A stretch of 64,000 nt of DNA from Dimorphilus gyrociliatus (taxonomy: Eukaryota > Animalia > Annelida), in the NCBI GenBank assembly GCA_904063045.1, contig CAJFCJ010000007.1, positions 1,141,448-1,205,447 of the forward strand, given 5' to 3'. Numbering within the stretch: the stretch's first letter is position 1; each line of letters starts with the position of its first letter. The notes beneath the pieces are model-generated. The model saw only the letters and a program-made list of their open reading frames with translations. It did no database searches and was not told the origin of the DNA. The translations under genes and the position numbers were made by a program. Shown piece by piece: positions 56,926 through 64,000 of this stretch.

Positions 56926-59268
56926 TCAAACGGACATAGGTCCAGTTCTTGGTTCAAAACCTTTCCTCTTAGTATCTGGACCATACGGCTGCCTGATAGC
57001 CACAACTTTCGGTCCATCTTCACAATTTGACTTGAGTCGAGAAATAAGCCTTAATGGTCTTGCTCTTGTGTTACTCGACATGGTTGAGGTTGCCGTTCTT
57101 CTCAAGTTACTAGCAGCAAAACGTCCGGTTTTGTTCTGAACAATTACGAAATCAAGCGTGTCGCCAGGGCGAATAACACCTTCGCTAACAACATCCGATA
57201 AATGAAAAAACAGCTTTTTTCCCGTTTCATTTTCGTAGTTTAAGAATCCAAACTGACCCTTAAGACAATCAACAGTTGCGGTATATCGCTCCCGAATGGC
57301 ACGAACTTTATACGCCATTAAACTTTTACCATTTTCCTCAAGATTTGGATCAGTAGCTAACCGAAAGGATACCTTGTCGTTAGGTTGCAAGATGTCACGC
57401 TTATCAACAAGACTCATTACGCAGAATGAATAGCGTTTTCCATCTTCTGTGTCCTCAATTTCTCCTTTGTATTCGTTCTGATCAGGGTTGCAAATGCGTA
57501 CACTCCTAATAATAACACCATCACGAGCTTTTTCTTCTACCATCATTGGCTTTGATGTTACTTTGGATCGTCTAACAACACCAGCAGCTGGTTTACCACC
57601 TTTCCTTGAAACAGTAAATTCAACATCGTCACCTAACTCTAAGTCCTCAATATTCCCTTCATAAGTTGAAAAATGAAAGAAAATCTCCTTGTCATGTGAA
57701 TAATACTCAATGAAACCAAATTCGGCTTTGAGTGCTGCTACATAACCTCGAATGAACTTTTGACAGCGTTTAACTAACAAAGCAGCTCCATCGTTGGCCA
57801 AAAATTCGACACGATCTCCTGAGCTGAAATTTTCGGTGCAAGAGTCTGAATTGAATGAAATTGATCTAGCGACTGAATTTTGATTGTACGTAATAGCACC
57901 AGGTTGATCTGGAGTGGATTCTACGTCGATGATTCCTTGAATAAGATCATCTTCAGAAAGTAAGTCTCTAAGTTTACTAGCCTCTGGTGAATTAAAGGGC
58001 TTTATCAATAAGCGCTGGGCAGTTGGCCGATTTGGTGAATCGGTTGAGGCTAAGGTAAATTCAACAATATCACCGACATGGAGTTCAGTAGCCTCTTCGT
58101 CATTTTCTTCTAAAAGCACTTCTGAAAGATGAGCGAAAAGTCTAGGTGTTTGAGCAGTTCGAAGGAAGCAATATCTCTCTTTAACGGCAGTCACGAGTCC
58201 TTTTTCCCTTTTCTCATTGTTTAATCGAAAGGTGTCACTTGTTACTAAAGTTATATTAGTTGCTCTTTGTAGCTGATCTCGACGGTCAGTAGCAATATTA
58301 AAATGCACGATATCGTTCTCAAGAAGTGTGAAGGCTCCTTTCTGATCTTTATCCCCATATGGAATTTCTATTGAACCAGTCACCGTTTCATAGACAATTC
58401 TACCTCCAAGAGGATCGCAAACTGATTGTCTTAGCTTTTCATTTTGTTGATCATGCAAAGTAGAAAGTGGTTTCAAAATTCTACCCCGTCTTTTGTCTTT
58501 ATCAACATCTTCAAAAATAACTGTCCCTGATTCCAAAGCTTCAACAGAGGTTGCCACTTCTTTCCCATTCCTGAGAGAAATGTTAAATTCAACATCTGCA
58601 CCAAGTTGTAGCTGTCTCATTTGCCCACGCCATTCGCTAAAGTGAAAGAAGATCTCTCGAACAACGTCGGAACGTTCAATGAAACCGAAATTATCTCTTT
58701 TTGTGCAGATAACTCCCTGGTAACGATCAGGTTTAGGTCCTCGTTTTAACAATTTCACTTTTTTTGCCATAAATACATTATCAACTTCGGCAAGAACAAA
58801 TTCAACAGTATCTCCAGTTGACAGAATATTTTTATTTGGAGTATCTGCTAGGGCATACGGAACGAAAAAAGTTTCTCCTCCTCTCTGATAGCATACAGAG
58901 CCCATACTATCTGCTGCTGCTGTTGCATCGCCTCGTCCAAATGAATCAGCATGGGTTGCTGGTGTTGCGACTGTTCCCGACATTCTTGATTCTACATTGT
59001 TTTCTTGATTTTGGAAACTACGTTCAACATTTACTGCAATTGGTTTACTTGTTTTCTTATCAAAGGCCACGTCGAATTCTACCGTATCCCCTACTTCCAT
59101 ATCAGATCCGTAAAATTCACTAAAGTGAAAGAAAAGACGGCAATCCTTATTCATGCATTGTATAAAGCCGTAAGAATGAAGAATCTTCTCGATAATGCCC
59201 AGTTGTTTACCATCCGAAAAACGAGTCTTTGGCGGGATTGATCTGTTGTTACTTTTCCAATCGGCCAT
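56926..59268 (-). CDS. CSDE1: Cold shock domain-containing protein E1 (UNR), intronless
   Basis: Repeated CSD motifs (YGFI..RLFFHFSE, FGFIE..EIFFHFS, FGFL..KLFFHLS) and a C-terminal RQPYGPD..GF (SUZ-C-like). Confidence 0.95.
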   Translation of the reverse strand: MADWKSNNRSIPPKTRFSDGKQLGIIEKILHSYGFIQCMNKDCRLFFHFSEFYGSDMEVGDTVEFDVAFDKKTSKPIAVNVERSFQNQENNVESRMSGTVATPATHADSFGRGDATAAADSMGSVCYQRGGETFFVPYALADTPNKNILSTGDTVEFVLAEVDNVFMAKKVKLLKRGPKPDRYQGVICTKRDNFGFIERSDVVREIFFHFSEWRGQMRQLQLGADVEFNISLRNGKEVATSVEALESGTVIFEDVDKDKRRGRILKPLSTLHDQQNEKLRQSVCDPLGGRIVYETVTGSIEIPYGDKDQKGAFTLLENDIVHFNIATDRRDQLQRATNITLVTSDTFRLNNEKREKGLVTAVKERYCFLRTAQTPRLFAHLSEVLLEENDEEATELHVGDIVEFTLASTDSPNRPTAQRLLIKPFNSPEASKLRDLLSEDDLIQGIIDVESTPDQPGAITYNQNSVARSISFNSDSCTENFSSGDRVEFLANDGAALLVKRCQKFIRGYVAALKAEFGFIEYYSHDKEIFFHFSTYEGNIEDLELGDDVEFTVSRKGGKPAAGVVRRSKVTSKPMMVEEKARDGVIIRSVRICNPDQNEYKGEIEDTEDGKRYSFCVMSLVDKRDILQPNDKVSFRLATDPNLEENGKSLMAYKVRAIRERYTATVDCLKGQFGFLNYENETGKKLFFHLSDVVSEGVIRPGDTLDFVIVQNKTGRFAASNLRRTATSTMSSNTRARPLRLISRLKSNCEDGPKVVAIRQPYGPDTKRKGFEPRTGPMSV

Positions 59269-59977
59269 TGCTTTTTTGTCTTCTGTTTAATGCTTTGGTC
59301 TTGGTAATTACAGTGCTTGTTCAGTGAGTCTCCAGTTGTTTTTTAATGCTCGCAATTTGTTCTACGTTATTAACTTTTTTCAGTGGAGCTGTTACGAAAT
59401 ACATATGATTATAAGTATTTTGATATATATTTTTTTCTCGAAGTTTTTAGCAGCTGACGTTAAGGGCTTAAATAGAGAGTACGTGTGGTATTTTTTCAAT
59501 TTCAAAAATCGTCTTACGCCACGTCAGATACATACTGATTACATAATTGACTCGTATCTACTCAACCGGGTAGTTCACATTATATGAATTATTATTATCA
59601 ATCAACAAATATGCTAATTAAAAGCGAAAAAGACAAAAAACGTGTCTACCTCATTGCTGCACTGCACCGATGGACCGCCATCGACTGCTTCTGCAGTGCT
59701 GCCGCCGCTAGCAGCTCATGCATATTCATGACTACTATAGCATCCTGGGTACGACACCATTTTTTTTCCATTTCCAATCAACACAACGGAGATTTCTCAG
59801 TTTCGAACATCAGCTTGTCCTGAAACTTAACGGATAACAAGAAAAGATAGATTCTGCATTGATTTTGGTGAATAGCGTTGTCACACGCCGTTATCGACGT
59901 TCTATAATGAACGAATTATTTTTTTCGTAAAATGACTCGATTATCGCTCTCTGTTTAATTAACAATGGAACTGTAAC

Positions 59978-62900
59978 ATGTCGGTAAAACTTGGTGCTGT
60001 CAGCGGTACGTATCACGTACAAGCGTCTGAGTTGCAGAGAGATCGCCCTGTTGCCTCGGTGACTGCAAAAACTTTCGATAGTATTGTCATATTTTTGGAT
60101 GATAAAAATTATCCTTTTACTCTTGATAAAAGATCGAAGGGAAGCGCTTTATTAGATGCTGTGTACAATCACTTGGAATTATCAGAGCGTGATTATTTTG
60201 GGTTACAATTTGCGGATCAGTCTCAAGATTACGAAAACGCGGTAAGTTATATCTATGATTTATATGTATATATAAAAAAGATTAATGAGTCACTCTCTAC
60301 TCAGCAAAACGGATCCTGTCACTTCAGATGGTTGGACGGAAATAAACCAATCCGTAAACAAGTATCCATTCTTCACAATCCTACCTTTTTTTTCCGCGTC
60401 AAATTCTACGTAACGGATCCATCAAAGCTTCGAGAAGAATATACACGTTATCATTATTTCATGCAGATTCGAACAGATATTGCTAACGGCAAATTGCATG
60501 CTCCTGTTGACACTGCCATTGTTTTGGCCGCATTAACTGTACAATCTGACTTAGGTGATTACAGCCCGGAGGAACATGGACCAGAATATTTAAGAGATGT
60601 GAAGCTCATTCCAAATCAAACACATGCTTTTGAGCAAGCAGTTATGCGGGCGCATCAACAACAAAGGTGAGTTAGAATTATTATTTTAAAGTAAACCTTA
60701 GAAACTTATAAAAGTATACGCAAAATGCATATCATTGTATACTTTATACTTATTTATAATATACTAATTGTATATACAGTAATTTGTATATAAATGGACA
60801 AATAAAAGTATATCTATCATATACATTGTATGTACTTAGATAAAAGGGTATAAGCCTATCAAGTATATACAAATAAAACTTATTTAAATAACACTTTGGA
60901 ATGAACACATTTTCCAAAATGATAAAGGGAATTGAGTGCCGCTGAAGCTGAACTTCAATATCTGGCAACTGCGGGCACACTAGAGATGTACGGTGCTCAT
61001 ATACACCGTGCGACATGGGTGAGAAAAGTAATATTTTCTGTTTTATACGTTGACGTATACTTTGGTTTTTAAATTATACGTTTTATGATATCGTTGGTGG
61101 TGCCAATTTTTAAAGCATGTTTATTTTTGCATGACGGTGTTTTTATGTGTGTGACATTGTACAGAGGTAAGAATCCTGCTGATGCTGAGTTTGCATACTT
61201 GGAAAAGGCTGCGCGTTTAGATCAATATGGAGTGGAACTCTACACAGCTAGAGTAAAGGTATTTTAACATCTCTATCCTCTTATTCTTTCATCTCGAAGT
61301 TGCACGCAATTTTCGTGTTTTTGCTGTGTTTCTTATAATATTTGATAAAGTTTCTATTGTTTTTTGAGATATTATTTCTTATTTTACAGGATGCTAGCCA
61401 ATTAGAAATTCAATTAGGAGTAACTGCCGCTGGTCTTGTTGTCTTTCAGAATAACATCAAGATTAATACATTTGCATGGTAAATTACATTTCCTAAAGAC
61501 CCTTTTAGACTAATATCACTTAATTTGTCACATAGGTCGAAAATTGTGAAGATATCTTTTAAACGGAAGCAATTTTTTGTCAAATTGCGACGAGATGACG
61601 TTGGTTTTCTTTTTATTTTTTTACTCCATACCATTTTGTTATTTTACTATCGGCTTACTTTTCGATTCACAGGCAGCCGACGATGGGCAAAACGCCAGTT
61701 CTAGTAGTAATGCTGCCACAGGTGATTTGATCGGATTCAATCTCGAATCATATAGATCTTGTAAGGATTTATGGAAGTCCTGTGTGGAACATCACACTTT
61801 CTTTCGCATGCATAACTCTCAAACAACGACCAAACGGAGCTTCTTTTCTTCCAAATATAGATATAGGTAAGTGAATGGTTAAATTCTGCATATATTACGT
61901 TCGCAATAAAGAGAAATATGTTTGCGCTCGCCGCTAAATGAGATAGCTGTTATTTTCTTTGGCTATATCTTGGATATTTCGCAATTGTATACAGCGGCCG
62001 AACACAATGGGAAGCACAGAATGAGTTAAGGAGGCGTAGAACTCTTAGACCGAATTTTTTAAGGTATTTAGTCGCATATAGTTCTTGAAGCTGCATAATT
62101 TGGCAAACTAAAGGAAGCTACTTTTTAAAAATAATCGCTGAATATTTTAGACGCTTTTTGACTGAAATTTTTTTTTCTTTTAAAACACCTTCGATTCCTT
62201 TTTTGATTCTCTGCTTCGTATGAAAAGACCAGTGATGCGCGCTATATTAACTAATCAATGTAGGAAAGCTAAGGTTCGAGTTTCAGCTTGTATTACCTTG
62301 ATTATTAGGCATATTCACCATGCTTATATTCGTGCCAGCCATTATTATTTTGCATGTATATAGATCGCCGAGTGGTCAATTCGTACGACGACCTGCTGGC
62401 GGTAGCACCCGAAATAACCTGATGGAAGAGCGACGACCCCCACCTCCGCTGAATGTTCCTAATTCAAGAAGTCTGAATAATATGCCAAATCCTACAAGTA
62501 CACCAGCCAACGGTGGTCCGCAGAAAAAAGCTTGGTCAGCTGATAAATTACAGTATGTCTTAAAGATGTGAATAACAAAGGCTTACAGCTTTTTATTATT
62601 TTTTTTTGCAGTGAGAAGAATCACCAGGATGCCAAACGTCAAGCATCACCAACATCCAACGCAATACAAGTTAATGGAAATAATCAATTTGAAAAATTAG
62701 TATGCGTTAGAATAAAGCCCGACTCTGAGGGTCGTTTTGGATTTAATGTTAAGGTACATATTAAACGATCATCTTTTTTATGACTTAATTTTGTAAAAAT
62801 CTCTCCTGTTATAAATAGGGCGGAGCTGACCAGTCAACACCAATTATCGTTTCTAGAGTAGCAAAAAATTCACCAGCCGATTTGAGCCTTCCTCGTTTAA

Positions 62901-63958
62901 ACGAAGGTGATCAAGTTCTGTATATAAATGGCAGAGACGTATCTCAACATACACATGAACAAGTAGTCATGTTTATACGAGCATCCCGTGAGACACACTC
63001 TGGTGAATTAGAATTACTTGTGAAGCCAAATATGTATAATATAGGGCAGGATACGCCTGGATTTTGTGATGAGGCTGACTACACATTGGAAAATGGACAA
63101 TTAAGCATTCCTTATGCGGATACTTTACGTGGTTCCATGACTGTACTATCTCAAGCCGTCGAGAGCGGCCTTGCGTCTCTACAATTTGAAAAACTTTACC
63201 GTACAAAGGCCAGCGGAATGTTCAGCGAGGCGAGGAAAGATTGTAATATGGCAAAGAATCGTTATAGAGATATCTCTCCTTATGATGATTCGAGAGTTGT
63301 TCTTTTTCCTACTAATCAAGGCACTGACTACATAAACGCAAACCACGTAAATATGAACATACCCGGATCAGGCATCCGAAATTGTTATATTGCTGCTCAG
63401 GGACCTCTGCAGAACACAGTAAATGATTTTTGGAGTATGCTCTGGCAGCAGCGAACTTCTTTAGTCGTCATGCTTACTTTAAGTATGGAGCGGGGTAGAG
63501 ATAAATGTTTTCAGTATTGGCCGCCAGTCTATGAAAAAAAGCAGTACGGTTTGCTGTCGGTGACTTGTATTCATCAGAATACCAATGATAAATTAGCCAT
63601 ACGAGATTTAAACGTTGTTGAAGGCAACGATGAAAGACATATCAAACACGTTCAGTATTTGGCGTGGCCGGACCACGGCGTACCGGACGACGCTGCTCAC
63701 TTTTTACAGTTTGTTCGCCGTGTTCGCGAGTGGAGAGCTGGAATGGTTGAGCCAACGGTTGTACATTGCAGTGCTGGCATTGGTAGAACTGGTGTTTTAA
63801 TTGGTATTGAAACGGCCATGTGCTTAATAGAGGCCAATCAACCCGTTAATCCGGCAAAAATTGTTCAAGAAATGAGAGAGCAACGAGCAATGATGGTTCA
63901 AACTGTTGACCAGTATAGGTTTATCTGTGATGCAATTCTTAAGCTCTATAATGGTTAG
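59978..63958 (+). CDS. PTPN4: FERM-PDZ protein tyrosine phosphatase (PTPN4/PTPN3, PTP-MEG-like), multi-exon
   Basis: N-terminus [13 protein letters not shown]; FERM ([43 protein letters not shown]); PDZ (GRFGFNVK|[13 protein letters not shown]); PTP ([29 protein letters not shown]); stop at 63958. Confidence 0.95.
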
Positions 63959-64000
63959 TTAATTATTAATATAAACTTCTTTATTTATCTTAATACTTTT

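Noticed and set aside
59648-59735. Short upstream ORF/exon (MNMHELLAAAALQ...) with a donor, 5' of CSDE1
   Set aside because: The nearest acceptor (59283) puts it out of frame with CSDE1; at most a 5' UTR exon or uORF.
62265-62290. B-box-like GGTTCGAGT in a PTP intron
   Set aside because: No cloverleaf or A-box; not a tRNA.

Overview
AT-rich, very gene-dense eukaryotic (bilaterian invertebrate) DNA with many 55-80 nt GT-AG introns. The compaction resembles miniaturised animal genomes such as the annelid Dimorphilus, but the species is an unverified guess. Gene order: MORC3/4-like (-), head-to-head with ATP synthase beta (+), whose third intron holds an intronless same-strand SLC28/CNT transporter; an alkaline phosphatase gene that appears to splice two complete AP domains into one ~1027-aa GPI-anchored chain (+); AXDND1 (-); spalt/SALL (-); a ~14 kb gene-free, microsatellite-rich interval; ZFP64 (-), abutted by intronless RCE1 (-); an uncharacterised multi-pass membrane protein (-); a divergent ADAM10/17-like protease (-); MTSS1/MIM (-); LIN37 (+); CSDE1/UNR (-); PTPN4/PTPN3-like FERM-PDZ-PTP (+). 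No prokaryotic features, CRISPR arrays, tRNA, rRNA or recognisable transposons were seen. Best leads: (1) the tandem two-domain alkaline phosphatase; (2) a duplicated, frame-enforced mutually exclusive exon pair in the PTP FERM domain; (3) the nested CNT with a rewired substrate-binding site; (4) a repeated layout in which an intronless same-strand gene ends with AATAAA 55-70 nt before another gene's 3' splice site (SLC28/ATP5F1B, RCE1/ZFP64); (5) ZFP64-spalt microsynteny matching vertebrate ZFP64-SALL4. Exon models were built by hand and homologies come from motif recall, not database searches.
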